Part shown: positions 13,046 through 25,250 of the stretch, one piece after another | Position numbering within the stretch: the stretch's first letter is position 1 | Layout: the number at the start of each line of letters is the position of its first letter | From: Camelus ferus | Taxonomy: Eukaryota | NCBI RefSeq assembly: GCF_009834535.1 | Contig: NC_045697.1 | Location: 79,052,001-79,116,000 of the forward strand | DNA: 64,000 bases | Direction: 5' to 3' | Made by a program: the position numbers and the translations under genes | Notes under the pieces: generated by a model | Database searches by the model: none | What the model was told of the DNA's origin: nothing | What the model saw: the letters and a program-made list of their open reading frames with translations, nothing else

Positions 13046-15496
13046 GTTGATAGTCCATCAACAGCAGAATGGATAAAGAGTAATATATTCTCAACATGGA
13101 CTACTGTATGAAAATGAGAATGGTCTACTACTATATCTAATGATACAGATGAATCTCATGAACAATGATGAGTGAAAGAAGTCAAATACGAAAACAGTGT
13201 ATAATGTATGATTCTATACATAAAAAATACAAAAACTGATGAAACTAATATACGATGTTTGGAAGGATAGTAGTCACCTTTGCGAGCGTGGTGAGGGTAT
13301 TGGTTAGTGCCTTTGGAACACAAGGAGAGCTTCTGCAACACTGGTAATGTTCTTTGCTTTGATCTGGGTTTCCTGACACAACAGTGTTCAGTTTGTGAAA
13401 ATCCATTGAGTTTTACACTTACAATATGACCACTTTTCTGCATGTTTATCATATATCCATAAAATATTTATACAATAATGGAAGCTAATATTTGCAGTCC
13501 AACTGGACACTGTTGGTAACTTTGTCATAAAAATATTATATACTCAAAAAAGTGGTGGAATCATGAGTGATTTATATTTTAAAAATTAAAATTGTTTAAA
13601 ATTAAAATATACAAAATAGGCACAGTAGTTTTTCTTAACAGTCTTTTCACATAATATATCACATTTGTTTTTTTACTCTCATCTCATTTCTTTTATAAAC
13701 TGTAGTATACTGACTAAAACATTAGTCACACTTTTGGAGCACTCAAGTTAGTTTTATCATCATGGTTTTATAGGGATATGAGAAAACTGGAGATGGTTTA
13801 AGAAATGAATCATGAATTTATTCTTGAAAACCTGCCAATGCTTTAGTCTTGGTTCCTATCTTTACTTTCAGGTTGTAGGCCCTAATAGCTACTAAAAATC
13901 TACAATTGCTTTTTATCTGCTTTAGTTTTAGCTTTTTATATGCCTTTCCCTCAGTACACCTGCTTGACAACATTTGTTACATCTTCAAACTCTCTGATGC
14001 AACTCATACCACTGGGCTGGACTGTCTTTCTGCAGCAGTACCTCTGGATACTATGATCTAACTGCAGGCCAGACTTCCCCTCAACATACTTTGAACGGTC
14101 ATTCACTCCATATCTTCCTTATTGCCATATGCAAGTCCTTATCCTTCCTGATTTTCCAGGTTCTACCCTTTCATCAGATAAGATTCATATAGAAAGTAGA
14201 ATTTTCATAACTGGGCACACAATAAAATAAGAGCCCAGATCAAGATACAGAATATTACCAGCATGCCTGATAGGATAGTTAACTGAAAGTTTGGATGAGA
14301 ATCTATTGAAATCATTTATTCATTTAACCCATATTTACAGTAATATATCTACAATGCCGTTAGGCTTCCTGGTGCTAGGGCTACGCTAGAAATTCATGAT
14401 GCCAAATTTTTAGTCCTAGCTATGCCACTTTCTACCTATTTAATCTTAAATGCATTATTTAATCTTTCTGAGCCTTAATTTCTCTATATGTAAAAATGGG
14501 TTAAACATTTCTAAGATTTCATAATTATCTAACAAAGATCAAATAAGCTTTACTGAGAAAATATGGGTTGGTTTTGGGTGGGGGCAGGAAGGCATAGATC
14601 TCCAGTTAAGCATAGTTAATTGATCATTTTTTAAATGTCTTCTCTTCTCATGAACCTCACAAAAAAAAAAAAGAAAAAGAGAAGAATTAAAAGAAGATAA
14701 ACTATAAGAAAGACAAGAATGGACAACAGTAGATAAGAAACATTTCAACAAATGGAGAAGGGATAAATAATTTAGCAGTGTGATCTAAGTGTCTGTAGAG
14801 AGGTATACCTGTAAACTGGCCAATTTTGTTGGCTAAAGGCTCAGGGCTAAGACATCTGAATTCTCATGGGAAAAGGCAGGGTTGGGGTAGATGGAATCAG
14901 CTAAAACCAGGGCCTAGTTGAAGGTCTGTATGCCTGTACACTAAGCGGTTGAAAGTTTAAATCCCCTTCCCACCTCATGCATTGAGGACCAGAAATTGAC
15001 TCAGAGAAGCACTGGACTCTCATAAACTAAAGCACGGTGTGGGGCATGGAAGGGTGAAAACAGAGGAGAGGACTAAGTGAAAATGTGAACTCTAAAGGCT
15101 GAGACTTTTTTCTACCCTACTCTCTACACTACGTTTTTCTACCCTATTTAGAACAGCAGCCAAACATATAAGCCAGCTCCCTCATATTTACCCCTCTTCC
15201 CCAATTCATGCTGCATCTAAATATACTTAAAATGTTGTTGACAGGCATGTGACAGAAATGTAATATTTGGAAAAAACTAGCAAGTAAATCGGGCAAATGA
15301 ATAAATAACAGAATTATTGACTGCAAGGAAAAGTATTATATGAGAAAGAGATGTGATGCCACACATAACATGGCCTAATAGTGCATAACATTTGCACAGT
15401 CATAATAATGTAAACAGTGTTGATTTAGCGCAAATTTATCACGTTACTACATGGAGGGATGTAGTAGAAGGGAAAGAGATGGTGGAACATTTGTCA

Positions 15497-15950
15497 TGTG
15501 CTAGGTATGATTGTTTGGTTTTCAATATACATTCTCACCCTTTCAAGATATTCCCTTAATCACTGAGGCTGGGAAGCTAAAATTGGCCACATTTCCCAAA
15601 TCGTCTTGACGCTACAGTTCTGCATAAAATTTAAGTTGTGTCGTAAGATGTACTTACTCGAGATTTGGAAGACAGAAGTGAGGGAAAGTCCATTTCTTTG
15701 TACTGTGGCTGTGGGTAAACAAGGTGGACAGATAAGAGTGTTTGCAGTGGGCAGACTTCACACTATAATGTCTAGTCTGGACTTGATGAGTTTGCCACAC
15801 ACTCTGCAAGGTATGCCATTGAATCCAACGGTCCTGTGTGGCCTTTGCCTCCCACTGAATTGTTGCCTGCCCCTCCACTAACAATTTGATAATCATCTAA
15901 TTCCCTACTCTAAATGCCTAGAATGGTTGCAGTTTTCCGAACTGAACTCT
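15497..15950 (+). mobile_element. ERVL solo LTR (LTR33/LTR16-like) within old L1ME sequence
   Basis: gaggctgggaagctaaaa...acatttccca; end ctaaatgcctagaatggttgcagttttcc...actgaac. Confidence 0.55.
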
Positions 15951-17629
15951 AAGAAAACTAAGTCCCAAATGACAAATTGAGAAACAGCAGTATGAGTACA
16001 TTATGTAGAAATCCAGAATTTCTTACCAGGGAAATCAGTAAACAGAGTGGGGGAGAGTAGAGTAGCACTGGAGAGCAGGCTTGGGGATACATAGAAGAGT
16101 ATATCATTTATAAATTATACTGCAGACATCCTAAAAGCATAAACTAGGTCTGGCCTTATTCATCAAATATTATTGTTACAGGATTAAAGATAATATTACT
16201 ATAGGACAGATTTAAACACCTACACACATGCCAATTCTCTTCTCTAATAGTTTTTTGTGTATGTCAGATGTATAGTACTCAAACAGCCAAAGGAAGTAGT
16301 ACATCCAAGCATTTCACAATATGTCTCGCCATACATCTCTTCAGTGACCTCTGAAAACAAAAGAAATACTATGTGTTAATACAAACAAATGTTTTGACAC
16401 TTTCTTTTAAACCCATATACAAGGAGTTTTACTCTCCCCCAAATCTCTAAGAACGTTCAGGAAGCTTATGGTTCCATGATCATTTTTGGTTCTGTATCTA
16501 CTGAATCCATTTTACATTTACTAATTCTTGTCAGTCCAAATGCATTCACACAGGACCTTGGCTTCTTTTCATTGCTTTTTTCTGTCTCATCCCTTCAATC
16601 ATCCATAAACAACATTTATGCACATATATTCACAAATGCTTTTAAGAAGAGCTGACTTTGTCAACTTTTCGGGAATGTAGAGGGAATTTACCCTGGAGAA
16701 ATAAATATCTAAAAAATAAAACTGAAATTCTTGTTCCTAAAAAGCCCTGTGAGTATTTCTGCAACTGCCTCCTGCTTCTAGCTCTTCTATTCTGGGCACC
16801 ATCTCTCATGGGGAAAAAAAAAAAATCGTATTTTCTTGTGAGGAAGAATTGAAGCCACTCCAACTTTCTCCTTCAAACTCATCTCAGGGCCTTTCATTAC
16901 ACAGCCTAGGAGTCAGTAGAAACTTAATAATTATGGCTGTCAGTTCAGTAACAGCACACTTCCAGGACAGAGTCAAACTTTTCCCTATTTTTGTCCCAAG
17001 GTAAGTTATAGGAAGGGAGGTTTTAATTCAAATGGCATGAAGAATGTCTTTCTGATTATCAGAACAAATAATGCAAGAAATGCCAAAAAGAAATTATAAT
17101 GTGCCACACTTGAAAACACTATGAAAAGATAAATAGTAATCTCTCCTGAATGGCTTATAATAGGCTTTGATTATCTTTTTGCCATCGTGTGGTAAATCTT
17201 CATTCACTGCCTCCCTCAGGAGTATACAGAATAAGATTAGGTAAAGAAACCCAAAGTTACCATTGAAAATAAATTCCTTACTTGTGTGTGTGTGTGTGTG
17301 TGTGTTTCATGTGTTTTTATTTAACCATGTCATAGGCAGTATCTCTTAGTTTTCTTATTGATATTTTGATTTCTGCATAAGCAGCCATTGGATTACAACC
17401 TAACTCATAAACACTTTAATTCAGTAAGCTAGTTTCTGAAACTGCAGAGTGGTAAATATTTTTTTCTTTAGACAAGTATACTTACTAAGTATTGAGTATA
17501 CTTATTGAGCTAGACCCACTTTCCTCATTAAAGACTGAAAGAAGATGAAATCTGAAAGATTAAATCCTCTGAATACTTATTCAGTACCTTCATTTATTAA
17601 TGGAAATATATAAGTGAATTTGTGATCTT

Positions 17630-18625
17630 CAAGCTTTTTAAAACAGCTTAATTTAATTATAATGTACATATTATAAAATTTGCCCATTGTAAGTATGCAA
17701 TGATTTTTAGTGTTTTATTATTGTTAAGTATTATAAATTTGTAGAGTTGTGCAACAACCATCACAGTCTAATTTAAAAACATTTCCACCACCCCCAAAAA
17801 AATTCCCTGGGGCCTACTTGCAGTCACTCCCATTCCTACTCTCAGCCCCAGGGAATAACTGATTTATTTTTCATCTCTGTACATTAATCTTTTCTCAAGA
17901 TTTCTTATAAGTAAAAGGATACAATTTGTAGTCATCTGTATTTGGTTTCTCTCACTTAATGTCATGCTTTAAGTTTCATCCATAGTGTAGCATGTATCAA
18001 TAGCTATTCCTTTTTATTACTGAATAATACTCTATTGTATAGACAGATAGAGCACATTTCATCTATTCATCACTTGATGGACTTCTGCGTTGTTTCTACT
18101 TTTTTGGCTATTATAAATAATGCTGCAATGAACATTCATGTGCAAATTTTTGTGTGAAAACAAGTTTCCAATTCTCCAATTACTGAATCATATGGTAATT
18201 CTATGTTTAACTTTTTGAAGAACCACCAAACTGTTTCCAAAGTAGCTGCACTATTTTTGCATTCTCACCAGCAATATATATGGGATCCAATTTTTACTGA
18301 TTCTCAAAAAAACTTGATATTGTCAGTCTTTTTTATTATAGCTATTTTAGTGGGTATATAGTAATGTCTCATTGTGATTTTGTGGTGCATTTTCCTAATG
18401 ACTGATGGTGTTGAACATCTCTTCACGAGCTTATCAGACATTTATATATAAATTTTGTGAACTGTCTATTCATATCTTTTGGCCATTTTTAAACTGGGTG
18501 ATTTGTCTTCTGATTACTGAGTTATATGCATTCTTTATATAGTCCAGATACAATTACTTAACCAGATGTATTATTTGAAAATATGTCCCCCCAATCTGTG
18601 GCTTGTCTTTTTATTTTCTTAAGAC
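17630..18625 (-). mobile_element. L1MB-like 3' end, antisense
   Basis: Antisense L1 text: tttttggctattataaataatgctgcaatgaacatt, gaagaaccaccaaactgtttcc, tctcattgtgatttt. Confidence 0.85.
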
Positions 18626-18810
18626 TCAGGTTTTGAAATGGGGGTAAAAATGTAATAGACTCAATATTGTGTGAGAAAGGTACTTAATCTCCTAATAATT
18701 TTATTCTTTTAAATCCTCAAACATAAATTTTAGAGCTTCTGGGTAATAATACAAACTGAATTTGCAAGCTGGTATTAAAGTTTACCCCCTAGAGGATAAA
18801 CTATAACACA

Positions 18811-19255
18811 TAGTTTCTTAAGTGGTGCTGGGAAAACTGGACAACTACATATAAAAAAAATGAAATCAGAATATTCTCTAACACCATATGCAAAAGTAAA
18901 CTCAAAATGGATTAAAGACATAAATGCAAGACTGAATACTATAAAATTTCTTGAGGAAAACATAGATAGAACACTCCTTGTCATGGAGAAATCATAGCAA
19001 TATTTTGGCGGGTCTGTCTCCTAAAACAAGGAAAATAAAAGCAAAAATAAACAAATGTGACCTAATTAAACTTAAAATCTTTTACATAGCAAAGGAAATC
19101 ATCAATAAAATTAAAAGACAACCTACTGAATGGGAGAAAATATTTGCAAATGATATGACTGATAAAGGGTTAATATGCAAAATATATAAAAAGCTCATAC
19201 AACTTAACATCAAAAAAACCACAAACAAACAACCCAATTAAAAAATGAGAAGACC
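18811..19255 (+). mobile_element. L1 ORF2 internal fragment lacking both ends
   Basis: Translation KAKINKCDLIKLKIF...[26 protein letters not shown] is the L1 ORF2p C-terminal region. It abuts ERV pol directly. Confidence 0.9.
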
Positions 19256-20196
19256 AGGTCTTTCTCTTTTTATTAAACACAATTGTTGAATTTCCAGTCT
19301 TATTTTTCCCTTTCTGAGGCCAATTGTTGGGTTTCTCTAGCCAGTTTTTCTAATTTATCATCTGGGGTAACACCACTTTGAGGTTTGACTCCTTTATGGA
19401 CAGTTTTCCTCGTGGAAATGTCAGCAAGGTGATTTCCCTTAGCTTCCAGAGTCAAGTTTAGAATGCCCCAGAATCTTAATAATAGCTAAAGTGGCAGGTA
19501 AAAGTATTGCATCTGATAATTCCTGAACATACGGGCCTTCTGACATTTTATTTTCGCTGGAAGTAAGGAAGCCACATTGCTTCCACAACATTCCAAACCC
19601 ATAAACTATTCCAAAAGCGTATCTACTATCAGTATAAATGTTGGCATCTTTGCCCTTGGCTAAAGTACAAGCCTGTGTAAGAGTGTATGACTCAGCCAGT
19701 TATGCCTAAGTAACCACAGGTTAAACCGTGCCTCAACAATACTGAAAGAAGTTGCAAGAGTACACCCAGCATGATACTGCCACCCTTGAAATAACGACCA
19801 TCAGGGAAGCACGAGAAGTCAGCATTACCCAAAAGAATTTCTCGCAGATGATCACAAGGAGTCAAGAGGTCATCAGTTAGCATCAAGCAGTCGTGAGAGA
19901 CTTGGTCAGAGACAGAGAAGAAGAGTAACAGGGTTCAAGTTACTACAATGTAGAGTTATGTGAGGAGCAGTTAACAAAAAGACTTCATAGGAGGTAAAGC
20001 GACTGACAAAGAACTGTTGCGTGTGATGAGAATTCAGGAGGGCTTCTACTGCATGAGGTACAAAAATGACTAAAGGGATCTCATAATGATTTCCTCAGCA
20101 GCCTTAACCACAAAAGCAGTGGCAGTAACGGCTCTAAGGCAAGGGGGTTGTCCCCGTGCCAGTGTCCGGTTGCTGGCTATAATACCCTATTTTATT

Positions 20197-20234
<38 letters not shown>

Positions 20235-21687
20235 AATGGTGGTCCCTGTGCCTTTGAGTAAGTAACCCAAGGGTATTCCTTTCATTTTCTTTACAAAAAG
20301 GAAAAAGAGAATCTGATAATTGGGATATCCAAGGACAGGTAAGTTGGTCAAACTCTCCTTTAAGTTCTTAAAGGCTATGTTGTCCAGTTCTTCCCATAAA
20401 ATTGGGTCAGTGATGTTGTTCTTTAATAAAACATACAAAGATTTGTCCATAAGAGAGAAATTTGGAATCCAATTTTAGCAATAACCAAATAGTCCAAGAA
20501 AATCTTGCAGTTGGTGTTTAGTTTGGGGTTTTGGGAAACCGTGAAGCTTATCTCAACCTAGAGTAGCACTTGTTCTGATGTCAGATGCCCTAAATATCAC
20601 ATCTTGGTTTGGGCAAACGAAGTAGAAACCCTAGGGAACTTTATATCATTCAGGTCAGCCTTCAGGATTTCTGAGGAATAAGGGGACTCAGTAAAAAACC
20701 TCGAGGCATTACTATTCAGGTAAAAAAAAATTTTTTCCCCAAGTGAGCACAAAGATGTATTGACTAACTTTATCAACTAGAATACTAAAGAATGCACTGT
20801 ATAAATCAGTCACAGTAAAGAATTTGCTTCTGGTGGAAGTGGATGTTAGTAAGGATGTGAGGCTTAGAAACAGTAGGGTGTGGAGGGATAACAATGTTGT
20901 TTATTGCTCAGAGGTTCTGAACAAATCTCCACCCCTTTCCTTTAGGTTTTCTCAGCAGTAAAATAGAAGTCTTACAGGTAGGACGAGGGATAATGTACTT
21001 GGGAGTAGTACAAGAGGTGAGCTTTGAGCCTTGCAATTTTCTATTATGGGCTTTTTATCTTGAAGGGTTTCTTGTAGAATATTGATTAATTCTGGGGAGA
21101 AGTTCTGAGGAATATATCTGAATCTTGGTAAGAGGTGTGCTGTGAATTTTGCCAATATCAGTTGGAGATTTTGCCCATAAGGCGGGCTATAGCTGATTCA
21201 AAGGGGGCAAATGATCAGTGTTTCCAAAATCAACTCTAGTACTGTCAGAGATGAAGCAAATAAAAGATGTCAAAGGGTCATTTAATTCCCTTAGTTGGCT
21301 TCTTTGATGACTACTGTCAAACTCGAGAATTATTTCCTCCTTCAGGGAGAAAGAAATTCTGGTGTGATACTTTTCTAAGAAGTCTCAGCATAACAGATAG
21401 GGTGGCAGAACTAAGGAGAAAAGGGTGTATATCTCTCAAAGGGCTAAACAAGAGGGGATAGGTTCAGAGACAGGAAGTTTTTGAGGCTCACTAGAGATCC
21501 CAACTATTCAAACTGTTTGAGTACTCTGAGGCAGGAACTGCTTTAGAGTAGTGGGATGGAGCAGCAAGAGTGTGGCTACAATGTCAGTTAGGACTGGAAG
21601 AGGTTCATCCCCAAACTGGAGAAATGTTTCTCCCAGCCAATTAAGAGAGAGGACTGGGAAGAGCCCTTATAGTTCATTGAGGCCCTG
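19256..21687 (-). pseudogene. ERV pro-pol pseudogene (protease, RT, RNase H), truncated before the integrase core
   Basis: Protease VLTDIVATL (degenerate LxDTGA). RT motifs KPKGKGWRFVQNL*AINN, FFTVTDLYSAFFSI, MPRGF and YLGH. Tether IGYYSQQ. RNase H AKGKDANIYTDSRYAFG and KGNHLAD. Confidence 0.9.
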
Positions 21688-23043
21688 TCATTGAGAATTG
21701 ATAAGGGCACTGGAAAGGCTGGTTCAAGGACTGAAGGTGCTTGAAGTGCTTAAATTTATAACAATCTCTTTTCCATTGTCCCAACTCTTTGTAATAATAG
21801 CAGAAACTTGGAGAGCTTTTTTGCTTTTTTTTTTTTTTTCGGTTTAGGGGCCTTCATTTGCTGGAGTTGAAGAATATTAGTGGTCTTCCTTTTAGGGAAC
21901 TCATCCAGATAGTGAGAAAGCTTGTTAGCCAGATTAACTAAATCTGAAGTGAACATAGTTTTCCATTTGCATTCTGGTCCTGATACAGTCCACTAATAAA
22001 CAGAGTTAAAAGGTATCCAGGTGGAATCAATGTCTGAAGGAAGATCAGAGTTTTCTTTAAAAATAATCTGGAGTCCACTGTAATGATTATAAGCAGTTTC
22101 ATCAGATTTTTGTGTGCAAGCCTGAATTTTGATCTAATCAACAGGTTCTGAAGAAGTCTAGGAAACGCCCAATGAAGTTGCCTAGTGATTGGCTTAGCCT
22201 GACCGTAATAAGAAGTTAGCAGGCTGGCCTCTTGGTTGCAGTTCTATAGACCTTGCAACATTTTTCCAATTAGAGGGTTTTATGCAATGCTGGTCCTGGC
22301 CTTCATTAACAAGTATATGAAATAAATCAGAGAAATCAGGTTGATGAGTTTGAATGAATATATTAAATTCCTCAGCAAATCTGTGCGGCTCTTCAATTAT
22401 TTTGAGAAAATCGTTGGCTATGGCTTGCAGTTCAGATTTAGTCCAGTGAATATCAGAAATTGAGGATTTAGCCTCTGGATCCTCAGAAGGCTTAATTTTA
22501 TAGGGGTAGGTTCTGATAGGTTCAAAGGGAAAGGGAGTGGGGAGTGTTAACAGAGAAAAGGGGAGGGTCATCAAGAGAATTAGTATGGGGGAAACGAGGG
22601 CAGAGAGGAGACATAGGTGGTATAGAAGGGAAGAGGAAGATAGCACCAGAGGCAGGGCCTGAGAAAAGGGGCATGAGGCTTCAAAAGCCGTCTTATGTTC
22701 TTTATCATTTGTTTGACTCAGTTCATCTTAAAATCCTACTTTGCAGAGAGGCAATTTTAGGCTCCTAAAAATATTTGGAAGCTCAAAATACCAACAAAAA
22801 TAGCCATTATTTTCAGTTTTGGAAATTTTAGAGTTATGGTGTCCAATTTGGTTTTTAAAAAAGTAAGTTTGGAGGTTTCAAAAGTTCCCATAATGGCCAT
22901 TGATGTTCTAAATTGCCTTTGGTTAGGTCAGTCCATTTAGTTAGAAATGCACATGAGGAAGGGCTGTGGTTTTTAAACATAAAATTGGCCAGGGTCCCTG
23001 TAGGGAGGGCACCTTCAAAATATTTAGATAAATGGGCTCCCAT
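21688..23043 (-). pseudogene. ERV gag pseudogene (MA, CA, degenerate zinc knuckle)
   Basis: MGAHLSKYF...FMFKNHSPSSCAFLTKW...QWPLW is a myristoylation-type matrix start. WTKSELQAIANDF...EEPHRFAEEF...PDFSDL is capsid-like. CYYYKELGQWKRDC (about 21760-21803) is a mutated CCHC knuckle. TGA stop at 21688-21690. Confidence 0.85.
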
Positions 23044-23703
23044 TTCTCAGAAGTTTTTCTCTAGAGTAAAAGAACAGTTTTCAAACAGTCTAAACAGTTC
23101 AGACAGTTCAAACAGTTCAGACAGACTACAGACCTATACCAGCCAGTCCGTAGGGAACAGTCTAGTCCCAAAAAAAAGCCAGGCCAAAGGCTGCACAGCA
23201 CAGCTCTAATGAAACATACTAATTCCAAGAGAGTTGGGCCAAAGGCTTACCAAGCATAGTTCCAACAGAACAGCCCCCATTGCAAAAGGAATTAGGCTAA
23301 AGGCTAAACTGGCACAGTTCCAATGAAACAGTCCATGTCCAAAAGAAATAGGCTGAAGGTTAGCCAGGTCCAGAAGGAACAGACCCCATTTCAAAATGAG
23401 TGGGACTGAAGGCTAATACAGTTTCAGTTGGAACCACTTGATTCAAAAAAAATCAAGCCAAAGTGTGAAATGAGTACTCATATACAGAATAAGTCCTTAC
23501 TCAGAAAGGACAAAGCTTCAAGACAGATCCTAAATAAGTTCTGGAGAGCTTCAAAACACAAAGAGGGCAGAGGCTGGGGCCAGGAGAAAGGCTTACTCTC
23601 AAACCACAGGGTCTGCCAAGAAAAACGGTGAGCAAAAATGAGCTCAGTGTAAGCACAACACCTGCTTGCTTACCAGCCTCGAAGTCATCAAGGGTCTTCT
23701 CTG

Positions 23704-23722
23704 GATCCCCATGTGGCCACCA
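23704..23722 (-). other. Primer-binding site, tRNA-Ile(AAU)-like
   Basis: Minus-strand TGGTGGCCACATGGGGATC lies 3 nt after the LTR end. It resembles the complement of the tRNA-Ile(AAU) 3' end (TGGTGGCC(C/A)GTACGGGGATC), with central mismatches. Confidence 0.75.
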
Positions 23723-23725
23723 AAG

Positions 23726-24098
23726 TGTTGACCTAAAATAAAAAGACTACCAGGTATTTCTCCAGCAAAAATGGATTTATTTGGTATTAACAAGGTTGTA
23801 ATTTGGGGTTAGTGACCATGGTGAGCGATGTGCAAGTCACCCCACAACAAGGACGGGAAAAGGAAGGTGGGAGGGGCATAATAAACAAAGAATCTACTGG
23901 AGTAATTGAGAGTTCAAAGTATAGTGGCTTTTCATTGACTGAGTTGTGATAGTCTCTCATTGGCTGAGCTCTTGCCAAGCAAGAACACGAAGTCGTTTTC
24001 CTTTCTGTTGAGCTCTACTATCCTTATAGGCTGTGAAAAGTTCCCCTCTGGCCTCCTGATTCTATTTTAATTGATGTTTCTGTTTATTAATTTTTATA
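23726..24098 (-). mobile_element. 5' LTR of the ERV (about 373 bp)
   Basis: On the minus strand it starts TATAAAAATTAATAAACAG (degenerate TG start) and ends ...TTTTAGGTCAACA. It contains AATAAA about 50 nt before the end and is followed immediately by a PBS. Confidence 0.8.
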
Positions 24099-24639
24099 CC
24101 TTGCACACCTTTGGAACACTGCATCTTCTAATTACCTACTGACTCCCTAAAGAGAACTCTGGTCCCTCGTGTAAGAAACATCCTGCCTTGGAGCCAAGCC
24201 CAAGTTCCTGTGACTTGGTCAAGCTGATAGGATACACCTGTCAAAAGACAGAATCAGATATTTGTGTCAGCACTTTCTACTGGTTCCCTTCCTGCCTTTT
24301 GACAATTCCATTTCAATTCTTTTCAATAGCTTTACTAGCCATGCCTACTCTCTACACATTAGCATTTCCTCAGGTTAAAGTGCCACATAGTAATCCCAAT
24401 TTATACGGTTAAATTAAAACTAAATCCACAGAAATTGAGTGATCTGCCCATATCCAAAGTAACAAAACCAGGCTTGGTGTTCAATTTTGTAAAGCCCAAG
24501 AGAGTATTTGGTTTACTTTCTACAGCATGTAGAACAGTCTTGTAGCAGCCTTCATTGGACAAACTCCATAGAGCACTCTATATTTGATTCTGGAGGTGAC
24601 ATTTTAAACACATCGATATATAAATCATTCTAAGAGAAG

Positions 24640-25030
24640 GATCCAAAAGGCATTATTAAGTGAGTAAAGTACAGGGCCAAAGAAGTACTCTCTTGGGAAG
24701 AAAATCCTTAGGAGAGAGCAGACAGTTGTCTCAAATATCTAAACATCTGGGTTGTGTAAAGGAAACCAGATTCACTTCGTGCTCCTCAAGGGGAACATTA
24801 GGAACAATGAACAAAAGATACAATTAAGTCAGTATGGGTTAAATGCATAAAAGAGAAATTTCCAATAATTAGAATTGTTCCAAAATGTTACCGTATGTGG
24901 TGCAAAGTACCTATCAGTAAAAAATTTCAAGCAGAAGTTATATGCCAATCTATCAGGGATGTTGGAGACACACACCTGATTTGGATTCATCAAATGGCTC
25001 TTAAGATTCCAGATCCTTTTTAAATTCTAA
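24640..25030 (+). mobile_element. CR1/L3 3' end
   Basis: aaatttccaataattagaattgttccaaaatg...ttcaagcagaag...atctatcagggatgttgg...aaattctaaaat. Confidence 0.55.
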
Positions 25031-25069
25031 AATGTGTTTCAAGAGAAATGCAATCAGTAAAATTTTAAT

Positions 25070-25250
25070 TGATGCTTCTCAAACTTCAGTGTGCACAAGA
25101 ATAGCCTGGAGAGCTAGTTTAAAACATATGCACAGGGCCCCACGTCCCAGAGATTGTGATTCAAGGTGGGGCTCAAGAATTTGTTTTTCTAATAAGTTCC
25201 CAAATGATGCTGATTCTGCAGGTACAGGGGCCATGCTTTGAATAGCACTG
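25070..25250. mobile_element. MER5A-like hAT DNA transposon
   Basis: gcttctcaaactt...cccagagattgtgattca...aataagttcccaaatgatgctgat...ctttgaatagcactg. Confidence 0.8.

Larger units (their letters stand above)
9175..13470 (+). mobile_element. Old L1M (ORF2 to 3' UTR) fragmented by four later insertions
   Basis: Colinear L1 pieces at about 9175-9290, 10120-10379, 11800-12435 and 13050-13470. Confidence 0.75.
19256..24098 (-). mobile_element. Decayed class I (ERV1; gamma/epsilon-like) endogenous retrovirus, 5' half only: LTR-PBS-leader-gag-pro-RT-RNase H
   Basis: Retroviral motifs occur in the correct order on the minus strand (see sub-features). Many stops and frameshifts. No integrase core, env or second LTR is seen before the L1 junction at about 19255. 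Confidence 0.92.

Noticed and set aside
22194..22646. 150-aa gag ORF as a domesticated gene
   Set aside because: It is a fragment flanked by stops and frameshifts, the zinc knuckle and protease motifs are mutated, and there is no sign of selective preservation.
23181..23425. CRISPR-like repeat-spacer appearance (also 39541-39634)
   Set aside because: Mammalian context, no cas genes, and units are degenerate along their whole length with no unique spacers.
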